This document shows positions 1 through 9,635 of a stretch of 41,394 nucleotides of DNA, one piece after another. The position numbers and the translations under genes were made by a program. The DNA comes from Thermoproteota archaeon (GTDB lineage Archaea > Korarchaeota > Korarchaeia > Korarchaeales > Korarchaeaceae). Location of the stretch: the NCBI GenBank assembly GCA_027491435.1, contig JAOZFG010000005.1, positions 1 through 41,394 on the forward strand, in the 5' to 3' direction. Under the pieces are notes generated by a model. The model saw only the letters and a list, made by a program, of their open reading frames with translations. It made no database searches and had not been told where the DNA came from. Every line of letters begins with the position of its first letter. The stretch's first letter is position 1.

Positions 1-137
1 TCCTTCAGCATTCCCGAGATACCTCCCACTTCCTTCTTCTCTCTTCTAAGGTAAGCTTCCATGAGGCCCCTCTCGTCCTGTAGGTTTATATGGAAGTAAT
101 GAGAGACCCCCGAATCTCTTGCTAATATAACGCGCAC
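1..137 (-). CDS. 5' part of a hypothetical protein running off the left edge
   Basis: Open frame from GTG at 137: MRVILARDSGVSHYFHINLQDERGLMEAYLRREKKEVGGISGMLK..., divergent from the HEPN gene; no recognisable motif; start could also be ATG at 62. Confidence 0.35.
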   Translation of the reverse strand, partial: MRVILARDSGVSHYFHINLQDERGLMEAYLRREKKEVGGISGMLK

Positions 138-166
138 TTAAAAACTCTCAGCCGTCCATACACCCG

Positions 167-538
167 ATGGAATTCCTCAGGAGGAGGGCGGAGCAATTCG
201 AAGAGGAGGCTAAAGAGGCCTTTGAGAAGGGCAATTACAACTTCACCCTCCTGTTCGTGGAGCAGGCCCTGCAGTTATACCTCAAATATATATTGGCAAA
301 TCGTGTGGGCGACTTTCCCAAGACACATGGACTCGTTCGTTTGCTAGAAGCCCTGACATCGGTCTTAGGTGAAAGGGTAATGGTATTCCTGTCAGAGAAC
401 AGGGTTATAGTTGATCTGCTGACGGAGGCCTATGTGGGGAGCAGATACCTCGATGTAGAATATGGAAGGGAGACCGCTGAGGAGGCCCTGAAGTTCTTGG
501 AGAGGTTCAAATATGAGTTCAAAGATGAGCTTCATTGA
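167..538 (+). CDS. HEPN domain protein (HEPN-MNT module)
   Basis: EQALQLYLK, FPKTHGL and SRY motifs typical of archaeal HEPN proteins; overlaps downstream MNT gene. Confidence 0.9.
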   Translation: MEFLRRRAEQFEEEAKEAFEKGNYNFTLLFVEQALQLYLKYILANRVGDFPKTHGLVRLLEALTSVLGERVMVFLSENRVIVDLLTEAYVGSRYLDVEYGRETAEEALKFLERFKYEFKDELH

Positions 539-902
539 GATAGTTAAGAGATCCGCTGAGACGGTCGAGAAATATAGGAAGAAACTTGAGGTTCACCTCC
601 GCACCATAAGGAAGGTGGCGGTGGAGTATTTCGGTCCGGACGTCAGGATATACCTGTTCGGGAGCGTCCTCAGGGGGAATTACGGCCCCCAAAGCGACAT
701 AGATGTGGCTGTGGTGCTGAAGAGGAGGCCCTCGGTAGAGGAGAGGGTTGCATTCAGATCCAGGATCAGGGAGGAATTGGGACTCTTCCACCCCTTCGAA
801 ATCCACATAGTGAGCGAGGATGAGTGGAGGGGGTGGTATGCGAGGTTCCTCAAGGGTGAATGGAGGGAGATTGAAGAACAGCCGACACGACGGGATATCT
901 AG
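525..902 (+). CDS. Minimal nucleotidyltransferase (MNT, PolBeta superfamily)
   Basis: YLFGSVLRG...SDIDV motif; coupled to HEPN gene; ATG at 525 preferred over 513. Confidence 0.9.
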   Translation: MSFIEIVKRSAETVEKYRKKLEVHLRTIRKVAVEYFGPDVRIYLFGSVLRGNYGPQSDIDVAVVLKRRPSVEERVAFRSRIREELGLFHPFEIHIVSEDEWRGWYARFLKGEWREIEEQPTRRDI

Positions 903-955
903 CGCAGATATTCGCGATATCTCTTTATCACGCTCGTGTCAAGGAGCGCATCCAT
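899..955 (-). pseudogene. vapC: Truncated VapC/PIN toxin remnant
   Basis: MDALLDTSVIKRYREYLR* begins with the PIN 'LLDTS' strand; preceded by GGGGTGA RBS; directly downstream of the vapB-like remnant. Confidence 0.6.
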
Positions 956-969
956 TCGCTCACCCCTTC

Positions 970-1141
970 TATCTCTTCAGTTCTTCGGTCTCCGCGTGGC
1001 TCCTTGTCCCAAATGCTATCATCAAGATTTCAACGTTGATTTTCTTCCTCAAGAGGGATCTTATTACATCGGGGAAGCTCCTGCCTCCTGATCCTCTTCA
1101 ACTCCACGTGGGTATCATCGGATAGTTATCGTTCTGGGCAT
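970..1141 (-). pseudogene. vapB: Frameshifted VapB-family antitoxin remnant
   Basis: Three frames join into MPRTITI / DDTHVELKRIRRQ / SFPDVIRSLLRKKINVEILMIAFGTRSHAETEELKR, matching the archaeal 'KTITI..D.Y.EL...K...SFSDVI..LL' antitoxin pattern. Confidence 0.7.
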
Positions 1142-1580
1142 GCATCCGGTGGATAAAGGTTTTGGTGTCCACACTGATGGGCCTGCACATGCGAGGGAGT
1201 TCATTGAGCTGATGGGTTCGGCGCGCGTAGGCGAAAGGCGATCACTTCGTACTGGTGAGGTTTCAGGGAGGGAAAAGATCCCCGATCCCGAATGGCGCTA
1301 GGAAGGAACCAATGCATCACTGATGTATCACTTTAAGCCGTATATCCTACTTCAGAGCTCAAGTCGGTCGCGTGTTTAGATCACTGTCTAAACTGGTAGG
1401 AAGTCCTTATCAGCACTTGGGTGAGCGATGAGATTGTAATCAAGTTATTTGGAGATAGTTGATTATGGTTGATTGAAAAACCTCCACAAGGTGTAGAGGG
1501 GAGACAGGATCCTAGGAGGATAGGAAGGAGATAAAGTACTAGATAGGACACATTGAACGAGGTTGGTTACCTAGCGGGTG

Positions 1581-2274
1581 GGTGCTGTCAACTTGGCTAT
1601 GGTTATAAGCAGGGTTGCTGATGTCATATGGAGATGAAAGAGAACCAATTTAACTCCGTCAGAGAGCGGACCCCCCTGCTGGTAGTAGCTTACGCCCTGC
1701 CCTTTACTTTCGGGCCTGCCAGGCGTGTCAGCCAGCTTAGCTTGCTAGGCGTCAGGAGGAGCCATGAAGGTAAGGAAGGTACAGGTTTAGGCAGGATGAG
1801 CGAGATCATGGCTGTTAAAAGCAAGGGAGTGGCTGTCGTGGACGAGACAGTCGTGAACTTCGCTGTAAGGTTTACTGGGGTGGCGCTGGACCCTAAGTAG
1901 CCTGATCTGGCTTGAGCTTACCGAAGGAAGGAGCTGGGGCGATGCCAGGGCCTTCTAAGAGGTCAAGGAGAGGGGCGTCAGGACCGTCATCACGGACGGA
2001 GGCCTTGCACAGGCGTGCTGCAGCCTCCTTAGCTAAACACGTGGTCATGAGCAGTGGCGAGAGGAGCTACGTTAGGGTCATAGACCATAAGGAGGCTCAG
2101 GGATTTCGACATCTATTCAGCGAGCGTTACCTGCTAACAGCTAGGAAGGCCAGTTCATGTCTTCCAACTTCGTCAGCTACATGACCCTCAAGAGCCAGTA
2201 CCTTGTATCAGCCTGACGACGAAAGTGCTCACGCTGGCGTTAAAGCGTGGAGGTGGCCTTAAGTTGACGGCACT
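1581..2274 (+). mobile_element. Decayed IS6-family insertion sequence (~0.7 kb)
   Basis: Terminal inverted repeats GGTGCTGTCAACTT (1581-1594) and AAGTTGACGGCACT (2261-2274), 12/14 match; internal transposase fragments. Confidence 0.75.
1628..2190 (+). pseudogene. IS6/IS240-type DDE transposase pseudogene
   Basis: Fragments across frames: RERTPLLVVAYAL, LGVRRSH, VAVVDETVV (first D), VALDP, LIWLELTEGRSWGDARAF, TVITDGG (second D), GERSYV; several stops and frameshifts. Confidence 0.75.
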
Positions 2275-2277
2275 GCG

Positions 2278-2294
2278 AAAATTAATAAAAAGTA
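2278..2294 (-). terminator. T-rich terminator of the nuo operon
   Basis: TACTTTTTATTAATTT on the minus strand immediately after the nuoN stop. Confidence 0.45.
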
Positions 2295-2295
2295 T

Positions 2296-3708
2296 TTAGG
2301 GAGAGAAGATCGTTGCTATCTTGGGGGCTATTCCCAGCCCTATTAGGACAGTTAAAACAGCAGCTGTTAAAACTACATAGAGCTCCATTTCGTCCCCTTC
2401 CTTGACGTCTGCATCGCTGGGCTCTGAGAAGTACATGTACCTTAGCACCATTGCATAATAGCCCACACTGATGCCGCTGTTAACTATGCCCAAGAAGGTC
2501 AGCCAAGGAGCCACGTCAATAACCGCATTGAACAGGTACAGGAACTTGCTCCAGAAGCCTAACAGTGGGGGCATTCCCATCAAGCTAAGTAGAAGTATTG
2601 TGAAGGCAGCTGAAGTTACGGGCAACTTCCTGCCTATGCCGCTTAGTCCTTCCAGGGTCAGGTCAAAGCCCTTCTTGGCGAAGTAAGCTAGCCCTACGAA
2701 GATCCCTATCTTAGCCAACACGTAGGTGAGGACGTGAAGCCCGATTCCCTGGAAGCCCAGCTTGTAGGGTATGCCTGAGTAGGCGAGGGCGTAGAAGCCT
2801 ATGAGTATGTAGCCGGCGTGGGCTATGCTTGAGTAGGCCATCATCCTCTGAACGTTCTTCTGTACTAAAGCGGCCAGGTTCCCATAGAACATGGTTATCA
2901 CTGAGAGTACTGCTATCCCCGTCACCCACTCAGCTCTTATCGAGGGTACTAGCGGAGTTACCACCCTTATCAGAGCGCCTATCGCTATGAGCTTTATGAC
3001 TCCAGCCACGTAGGATACCAGTAGGGGATGAACTCCTCCGTAGACGTCTGGTAGCCATCCGTGGAACGGGACAACCCCTAACTTGAAGCTGAATGAGGCC
3101 ACCAGCAGGAAAGCTCCCACTATAAGGACGTACCTGTGCCAGTCCACCACTAAGTCGGCTGTGGGCCAAGGCAGGGAGGTAGTTCCCAGAACTCCCAGAG
3201 TTAGGGCTAGCCCGTATATCAGGAATGAGGAGGATGCTATTCCCATTATTGCGTACTTAGCCGCCCCTTCCAGGGAGCGCTCGTCCTTCTTTATGCCCAC
3301 TAGCACGTAAGACGCCACCGCTACCAGGGCCCACGAAGAGATCAGGACGGTGGCATCTGCCACAAACAGTATGAAGTAGACCCCGAGTAAGGCGAGTATC
3401 ATGAGGGAATAAAGGCTCGGAGCGGTGGTCCAGTCTTTGGCCTGATCAAGGGAGGCGGCTATTACTAGAAAAGCCCCTAGGGAAGCTATGAAGGCCAAGA
3501 AAGATGAGAAGTGATCCACCCTTATCGCGCCGTTGAAAAGGGTCTGGGGCCTCATGGGTATCATGTAGGCGGTTAGCATAGTGGCCACGGCTGCGGCTGC
3601 CAGGGATAGTACAGGACTAAGTTTGGTCTTTTTGAGGTAGTCTAGGGTGGGGAGGACTAGGCCAAAGCCTCCCAGCACCAACATCAAGGCCCAAATTATG
3701 AGCTCCAT
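2296..3708 (-). CDS. nuoN: Complex I-like subunit N
   Basis: Antiporter-like membrane protein: FKLGVVPFHGWLPDVY, RMMAYSSIAHAGY, GMPPLLGFWSKF; start set to ATG 3708 after nuoL stop. Confidence 0.92.
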   Translation of the reverse strand: MELIIWALMLVLGGFGLVLPTLDYLKKTKLSPVLSLAAAAVATMLTAYMIPMRPQTLFNGAIRVDHFSSFLAFIASLGAFLVIAASLDQAKDWTTAPSLYSLMILALLGVYFILFVADATVLISSWALVAVASYVLVGIKKDERSLEGAAKYAIMGIASSSFLIYGLALTLGVLGTTSLPWPTADLVVDWHRYVLIVGAFLLVASFSFKLGVVPFHGWLPDVYGGVHPLLVSYVAGVIKLIAIGALIRVVTPLVPSIRAEWVTGIAVLSVITMFYGNLAALVQKNVQRMMAYSSIAHAGYILIGFYALAYSGIPYKLGFQGIGLHVLTYVLAKIGIFVGLAYFAKKGFDLTLEGLSGIGRKLPVTSAAFTILLLSLMGMPPLLGFWSKFLYLFNAVIDVAPWLTFLGIVNSGISVGYYAMVLRYMYFSEPSDADVKEGDEMELYVVLTAAVLTVLIGLGIAPKIATIFSP

Positions 3709-3710
3709 AA

Positions 3711-5810
3711 TCACACCCACACCAGGTAGATGAGGATCAGCACAAGCCCTAGTATGAAGATTAGCAGGTAGTGGTTGATCTTGCCGGTCTGCAACTTCCT
3801 AACCGCTGATCCCACCTTCAGGAAGAGTTTAACTATCCTGTTGTGGTAGGTCTCATCTATTATCGGGGTTTCGAACTTGGCAAACCCGAGGGTGCTTGCC
3901 CTCTCAGTTATCCAAGGTATGAACCTGTGGTAGAACCCGTCTATTATCAGGGTGTCGAAGTACTTGTATCCTAGCCTGGAAACGGCCAAGAAGCCGTTGA
4001 CTATGACCAGGTAATATATCGAGTTTATGTACCACCTGTCGTAGAGGAAATCCTGCAGGGACTTCAGCACCTTGTTCTCCTGTATTGACGTCACAACCTG
4101 TAGGCCAGACCTGGTCATGTAGAGGTACCAGGCAGTCCCCATGCCTATGGCCACCATGGTTAAGGAAGTGGCTAAGAGAGCTGGATCTAGGTGTATCTCC
4201 GGGTGGAACGCCTCCTCAATTCCCAAGACGTGGTTCACCATGGACTCCAGCAGGCCTGGCCCTATCACAGGCCAGACTACCCCTATCAGCAGAGAGGCCA
4301 GGGCCAGCGACAGGTAGGGTATCAGCATTAGTCCGGGGGCCTCGTGTAAGTGATGGTGCTCTACCAAGTGTCTCACGTTCTCGGACTCCTCAAACAGGAA
4401 GGCCTTTATGAGCATTCTGAGCGAGTAGAAAGCCGTTAGAGCTGCGGTCACAACTCCGAATAGGTAAGGAAGAAGCATGCCCGACTCCTTTGCCACCTCT
4501 ATTATGGTGTCCTTGCTCCAGAAGCCCATTAAGGGAGGAACTCCCGAAAGGCTCAGGACTGCTATGGCCATGCTCAGGAAGGTCCACTTCATGTACTTGC
4601 TTAGGCCTCCCATGTCGTCCACGTACTTGGACTCGACAGCGTGTATCATAGCCCCGGCTGCCAGGAACAGGGATGCCTTGAATATTGCATGGCTCATCAA
4701 GTGAGAGAACCCTGCCAGGAAGCCCAGCGGAAATTCGTGAATCAAGCCAGCGCTCCCTAGAGCTAAGAACATGTAGCCTAGCTGGGAAGCGGTTGAGAAG
4801 GCCAGTATTAGCTTGAGTTCCCTCGCCACTAAAGCCTGAGTGGCCATGAAGAATGCAGTGAACCCTCCTATCAAAGCTACGGTGGCGAAGAAAGCGTGTA
4901 CCTGGGGTGCGGCCGCCTCTACCTCATGGGCTGCCAACATGAATATTGGGGAGAACCTGAGCAAGAAGTAGACTCCGGCCTTGACCATGGTGGCAGCGTG
5001 TATCAGGGCGCTGACTGAAGTCGGGCCGGTCATGGCAGTCACTAACCACTCATGGAACGGGAATTGAGCGCTCTTAGCGAAGGCCCCTAGGGAGAAAGCC
5101 AGGAGAAATGGGAACAAAAGCCCTGATTTTGCTAGAGGGGCGGCCCACTCTCCCACGTGTTCGGCTATGGCGGGTATTGAAAGGGTTCCAGTGAAGTAGT
5201 AAAGCGTACCTATGCCCAATATGAAGCCCACGTCCCCTAACCTGGTGAACACCAACGCCCTAAGCCCGCTGTGGCTGGGAGTGAACCACATCGGAACTCC
5301 TAACGCCTTTCTCCCTATATCGCCGACGCACTTCTCATCCTCATCGGTGAACCAGTGTCCTATCAGAGAGTAGGATGCTAAGCCGGTGCCCTCCCATCCT
5401 AGGAACATCAGCAGCAGGTTGTCAGCTAGCACTAACAGAAGCATGCTTCCAACGAAGAAGTCGAAGAAGAACCAGTACCTGGTGAGGCCTGGGTCATGCT
5501 CCATGTACTTGAAGCTGTAAACTCCTATCAGGAAGCTCAGCCAGGCCACTATAAGGGCCATCCATCCGGCCAAGGGATCGACGTACACTCCGACGTTAAC
5601 GGTTAGGGAGGGTATCCAAGGGAAGGATTCGTGAACGACCCTCTCAGGTGAGGATAGCACCTCCATGAGTAAAGGAATGGAGGAGAATGCGGAGACTGCC
5701 AAGGCAAGTACTGCTATAACGTCTCTCACCTTTCCCAGCTTCCTCAGCAGCAGCGCCAACAGCGCTCCTATGTACGGGACTAGCCAGGTAGAGAAGGCCC
5801 AGACGTTCAT
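3711..5810 (-). CDS. nuoL: Complex I-like subunit L
   Basis: KSAQFPFHEWL..AMTGPTSVSALIHAATMVKAG, HAIFKASLFL, LQTG at the C-terminus. Confidence 0.95.
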   Translation of the reverse strand: MNVWAFSTWLVPYIGALLALLLRKLGKVRDVIAVLALAVSAFSSIPLLMEVLSSPERVVHESFPWIPSLTVNVGVYVDPLAGWMALIVAWLSFLIGVYSFKYMEHDPGLTRYWFFFDFFVGSMLLLVLADNLLLMFLGWEGTGLASYSLIGHWFTDEDEKCVGDIGRKALGVPMWFTPSHSGLRALVFTRLGDVGFILGIGTLYYFTGTLSIPAIAEHVGEWAAPLAKSGLLFPFLLAFSLGAFAKSAQFPFHEWLVTAMTGPTSVSALIHAATMVKAGVYFLLRFSPIFMLAAHEVEAAAPQVHAFFATVALIGGFTAFFMATQALVARELKLILAFSTASQLGYMFLALGSAGLIHEFPLGFLAGFSHLMSHAIFKASLFLAAGAMIHAVESKYVDDMGGLSKYMKWTFLSMAIAVLSLSGVPPLMGFWSKDTIIEVAKESGMLLPYLFGVVTAALTAFYSLRMLIKAFLFEESENVRHLVEHHHLHEAPGLMLIPYLSLALASLLIGVVWPVIGPGLLESMVNHVLGIEEAFHPEIHLDPALLATSLTMVAIGMGTAWYLYMTRSGLQVVTSIQENKVLKSLQDFLYDRWYINSIYYLVIVNGFLAVSRLGYKYFDTLIIDGFYHRFIPWITERASTLGFAKFETPIIDETYHNRIVKLFLKVGSAVRKLQTGKINHYLLIFILGLVLILIYLVWV

Positions 5811-5818
5811 GTTTGCAC

Positions 5819-7345
5819 CTACCCTGCTAGAAGAGCCTTCAGAGTGGACATCATGGGCTCAATGAGCAGCTGAGGCACTAAGAACAGGATGAGCCCCACT
5901 GCGGCTATTATAACCATGGGCATCAGGAGGCTACTCCTGGCCTCCTTAGCGTGCTTAGCAGCCTCGGATTCCGGACCGTAGAACATCCTCTTCATAGTAA
6001 CGAAAGAATATGCGGTAGATAGCCCTATGCCTATCAGTAACAGTATCAATATCGGGAAGAAAGCGTTGAGCTTCACGGCGGCATTGGCAACCCCAGTGAG
6101 TATGAGGACCTCGCTCCAGAGGCCTAACGAGGGAGGTATTCCGGTTATGTGCATGAAACCTATTAACGCGAGGGCGGCAGTTATAGGCATCTTGGGAGCC
6201 AGTCCACCCATCTTGCTTATGCTCCTGAGACCGTGTAGCTCGGCTATAAGGACTCCAGCGGTGGTGAATAGCAAGGCCTTGCCCACAGCGTGAGCGGTGT
6301 AGTGAAGTAAGGCTCCAGCCATCCCTAAGGCGGTCACGGTGCTTATCCCGACCAGCAAGTAACCCATTTGGGAGACACTGGAGTAAGCCAGAAGCCTCTT
6401 GAAATCGTCCTGGGCTAAGGCCATCAGACCTCCGTAGATTATGGTTAGGAGGCCCAAGCCGAGCATGTATGGGGCTAGTGAGGAGAACTGCTCGGGGAAC
6501 AGGACGTAAGCTATTCTTATCAGAGCGTAACCAGCTATTCCTATCAGGTTAGGTGACAAGAGCGCTGAGACAGGGGTGGGCGCCTCAGCGTGAGCGTAGG
6601 GCAACCAAATGTGCACCCCGAACACGGCCATTTTCACGAATAGGCCTATGAGTATGGCCACAGCTACAGAGAGCCTCATGGCAGTAGGCAGCAGGTCTCC
6701 AAGCCCTAGGAGGGGCTTCAAGTTCACCGGGTCGTAGTAGTCAAACGTCCCCACGGTAAGTCCCAGAGCTAGAGAGCCGACTAAAAAGGCTAGAGCTCCA
6801 ACGTGTGTCCATATCAGGTAGAGTAGGGCTATCCTTTCTCTCTTTCCATAGCCGTAGAAGGCTATCAATAGGAAGCTGGGCAACAGAGACACCTCAAGGA
6901 ACAGATAGAACTCTATTAAGTTGGTGGACAGCACGGTTCCCATCATGGCGGTGGAGAACATTATGTAGAGCATGTAGTAGACTCCCCAGCCTGGAGGGTT
7001 CGTCTTTTCCTCTTCCATCTCTTGGAACCTGTGCTCCATGTAGGGTACTGAGTACCAGGCCACCATCGTAGTTACTAGCCCTATTGAAATGGCCAAAGGG
7101 GCGCTGAGTGAGTCCAAGAGCATGCTGAACTTGCCAAGTGAGGGGTCGCTGAAGAACACGGGATCAGCTATTGGTTCCCTTAGCATGGTCATGGCAGACA
7201 GCGCTACCACGACCGCAAAGGGTATAGCCAACAGCAGTATGCTGATGTACGCGGCGGTCTTTTTATCTTTTACGAAGGGAAGGGCTAATGAAATTACCAT
7301 AGGGATCACAACGCTCAGGAACAGAACAGGGATCGGTAATATCAT
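5819..7345 (-). CDS. nuoM: Complex I-like subunit M
   Basis: HIWLPYAHAEAPTPVSALL, DFKRLLAYSSVSQMG. Confidence 0.93.
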   Translation of the reverse strand: MILPIPVLFLSVVIPMVISLALPFVKDKKTAAYISILLLAIPFAVVVALSAMTMLREPIADPVFFSDPSLGKFSMLLDSLSAPLAISIGLVTTMVAWYSVPYMEHRFQEMEEEKTNPPGWGVYYMLYIMFSTAMMGTVLSTNLIEFYLFLEVSLLPSFLLIAFYGYGKRERIALLYLIWTHVGALAFLVGSLALGLTVGTFDYYDPVNLKPLLGLGDLLPTAMRLSVAVAILIGLFVKMAVFGVHIWLPYAHAEAPTPVSALLSPNLIGIAGYALIRIAYVLFPEQFSSLAPYMLGLGLLTIIYGGLMALAQDDFKRLLAYSSVSQMGYLLVGISTVTALGMAGALLHYTAHAVGKALLFTTAGVLIAELHGLRSISKMGGLAPKMPITAALALIGFMHITGIPPSLGLWSEVLILTGVANAAVKLNAFFPILILLLIGIGLSTAYSFVTMKRMFYGPESEAAKHAKEARSSLLMPMVIIAAVGLILFLVPQLLIEPMMSTLKALLAG

Positions 7346-7349
7346 ACGT

Positions 7350-7658
7350 TCACCCCTTGAACTCGCTCAACTCATACACATCCAGGCTCTCCTTCTTCCT
7401 GAACATGAGTATCGCTATAGAGACGATGACTCCAACCTCGGCAGCCGAGAGGGAGATCGCTATAATCACAAGAGCTCCCCCAGGAGCTGCCAGGCTAGAG
7501 CTAACTGAGGAAAGAGCTAAAAAAGCCAGCAGGGCGGCATTAAATATCACTTCAGCTGAGAGGAGCATCCTGATTATGTTTCTTCTAGTCATTAACCCGT
7601 ACGTGCCGAGGGCGAACAGGACGGCTGAAACCATCAGATAAAGGTAGATGTCGATCAT
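7350..7658 (-). CDS. nuoK: Complex I-like subunit K
   Basis: RRNIIRMLLSAEVIFNAA, AAEVGV; 3 TM helices; operon position. Confidence 0.92.
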   Translation of the reverse strand: MIDIYLYLMVSAVLFALGTYGLMTRRNIIRMLLSAEVIFNAALLAFLALSSVSSSLAAPGGALVIIAISLSAAEVGVIVSIAILMFRKKESLDVYELSEFKG

Positions 7659-8155
7659 GACACCACCTCCTTCCTAGCTAGGGTTATGGCCTCTATCAGC
7701 GTGGTTACCAGGGCTATTGCAGCTATTATCAAGGCGAACCAGTACTTCTCCACCAGTAGTGCAGTTATCTCCTTGTAGGACACGTAGTATGATGAAGTCA
7801 TACCCACGTAGCCGCTGAACACGTAGAGTAGTAATATTGAGAGTAAAGCCAGGGCTATTAAGGCCAGATACCTCTCCTTTAACTCTACCATAGGTGCTTC
7901 CCTCAGCATGACCACTGAGAAGAGTATGAAGGTCACAGCCGCCCCGACGTAGACCACTAGGTGGAAAAGGGCTATGACAGGGTATCCCAGCAGAGTCATC
8001 AGGATAGCATTGCCCACGCCAAGCATGGACAGGAAGAACGCTGCGTACACTATAGACTTGTGCCAAATGACTGCTACAGCAGACACAAGCGTTAGGAAGG
8101 TGGCCGCTATGAAAGATAGGGCCACCGGGTTACCCAGAAGCTCAGACACGCTCAT
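7655..8155 (-). CDS. nuoJ: Complex I-like subunit J
   Basis: LVVYVGAAV motif, hydrophobic, operon position. Confidence 0.9.
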   Translation of the reverse strand: MSVSELLGNPVALSFIAATFLTLVSAVAVIWHKSIVYAAFFLSMLGVGNAILMTLLGYPVIALFHLVVYVGAAVTFILFSVVMLREAPMVELKERYLALIALALLSILLLYVFSGYVGMTSSYYVSYKEITALLVEKYWFALIIAAIALVTTLIEAITLARKEVVS

Positions 8156-8630
8156 ACCTCAATCCCCTCTCCTCATCAGGAATTACCCTAACCTTAACGG
8201 GCTCCTTATCGTACTGGGGCTTGGGAGGACCCTTAGCGAACTCCTCCGGCCTGAAGATCTGCTCTTCAAACGTGTAGAAGGAGACGTCGTGTATCGTGGA
8301 GTGCTGCAGGGAGAAGGTGGGACAGATGCTCACGCAAAAGCCGCAGAAGATGCACCTGGTGTAGTTTATTCCCGGATACCTCTTGGGTCTCTTCTCCCCT
8401 TCAGGCACCTCCTTGGGCAAGTACATCTTTATGGCATCAGCCGGACAGACCATGGCGCAGAGGCTGCAGCTTATGCAGGTCTCGTGATTGTAAGTTATCA
8501 TTCCTCTGTACCCTCTAGGCAAGTCCTCGACCTCATCAGGGTACATCAGGGTGAGCCTGGGCTTCAGGAACAGGTATTTAGCGCCAGTAGCTATGGCTCT
8601 AAGGTGATCGAACACCCTCTCTACGGCCAT
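8142..8630 (-). CDS. nuoI: Complex I-like subunit I (2x[4Fe-4S])
   Basis: CISCSLCAMVCP and CIFCGFCVSICP motifs. Confidence 0.95.
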   Translation of the reverse strand: MAVERVFDHLRAIATGAKYLFLKPRLTLMYPDEVEDLPRGYRGMITYNHETCISCSLCAMVCPADAIKMYLPKEVPEGEKRPKRYPGINYTRCIFCGFCVSICPTFSLQHSTIHDVSFYTFEEQIFRPEEFAKGPPKPQYDKEPVKVRVIPDEERGLRYERV

Positions 8631-9635
8631 TTAAACACCTCCCAAGTAAACAACCAGCAAGGATAGGAATATCGAGAGTATGGCCAAGGGAACCAGCTTG
8701 TGCCACCCTATCTGTATGGCCTGATCTATCCTGTACCTCGGGTAGATTGCCCTCATGAAGATGGCGATGAACATTATCACCAGGCCCTTTACGAACACCA
8801 TGATCCCGGCTAGAAACGGGGGGTTCTGGAGGAAGCTGGGCAGCGGGTACCACCCTCCTAGGAATATCAAGGCGTAGAGTAGGCTTAGCACATAGAGCTT
8901 AAGGTAGGAGGCGCCCATTACTAGCCCGTAGAATATGCCGCTGTACTCGGTGAAGGGACCCATTACTATCTCGCTTTCCGCCTCCGCTATCTCGAAGGGG
9001 AACTTGGAGGTGCTTATCAGTATGAGAACTAGGAACACAATAGCTGCCAGCGGGTTCAGGAAGATCCCCCAAACGTTCTTCTGAGCTTCAACCATCGCGG
9101 TTATGTCTAGGGTACCATAGAGGACGGCCATCGACAGGGCGGAGAGGAAGAGAGGTATCTCATAGGTGGTGACCAAGTAGCCCTCCCTGAGTCCTCCTAT
9201 CAGGGAGAACTTGTTGTTGCTCCCCCAGGCCAGTATCATGGTGAACACGGGAGATAGGGTCAGCAGGCCCAGCAGTATTAGCAGGCTCATTTCGCTGGAG
9301 ATTGCGGTGAACCCTGGGCCAGCTGGTAGCACTATCGTGGGCAGGTAGGAGAGGCCGAACAATATCAGGGGGGCGAATATGAAGGTCAGCTTGTCCACGT
9401 CCTTAGGTATTATGGGCTCCGCAAACAGGTACCTGAGAAGGTCCGCTATCATCTGTATAGCCCCGCCTAGCGGCTTTAGAACGTAAAGAGGACCGTATCT
9501 CATCTGCACTTTGGCCGCTATTTTCCTCTCAGCCCAGATTATGCCCAGCAATACCAGAAAGGCAGTAGTTAGGCCTGGAAATATCAGAGGAATGAATATC
9601 CAGGGCTGAAGTATCAAATCCAACAGGTCCATCAT
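8631..9635 (-). CDS. nuoH: Complex I-like subunit H
   Basis: ERKIAAKVQMRYGP, PFEIAEAESEIVMGPFTEYSG, PRYRIDQ. Confidence 0.95.
   Translation of the reverse strand: MMDLLDLILQPWIFIPLIFPGLTTAFLVLLGIIWAERKIAAKVQMRYGPLYVLKPLGGAIQMIADLLRYLFAEPIIPKDVDKLTFIFAPLILFGLSYLPTIVLPAGPGFTAISSEMSLLILLGLLTLSPVFTMILAWGSNNKFSLIGGLREGYLVTTYEIPLFLSALSMAVLYGTLDITAMVEAQKNVWGIFLNPLAAIVFLVLILISTSKFPFEIAEAESEIVMGPFTEYSGIFYGLVMGASYLKLYVLSLLYALIFLGGWYPLPSFLQNPPFLAGIMVFVKGLVIMFIAIFMRAIYPRYRIDQAIQIGWHKLVPLAILSIFLSLLVVYLGGV

Noticed and set aside
7974-8666. 230-aa plus-strand ORF and the many other antisense/alternate-frame ORFs in the track
   Set aside because: They lie opposite or within well-supported genes, have no motifs, and are expected shadow ORFs
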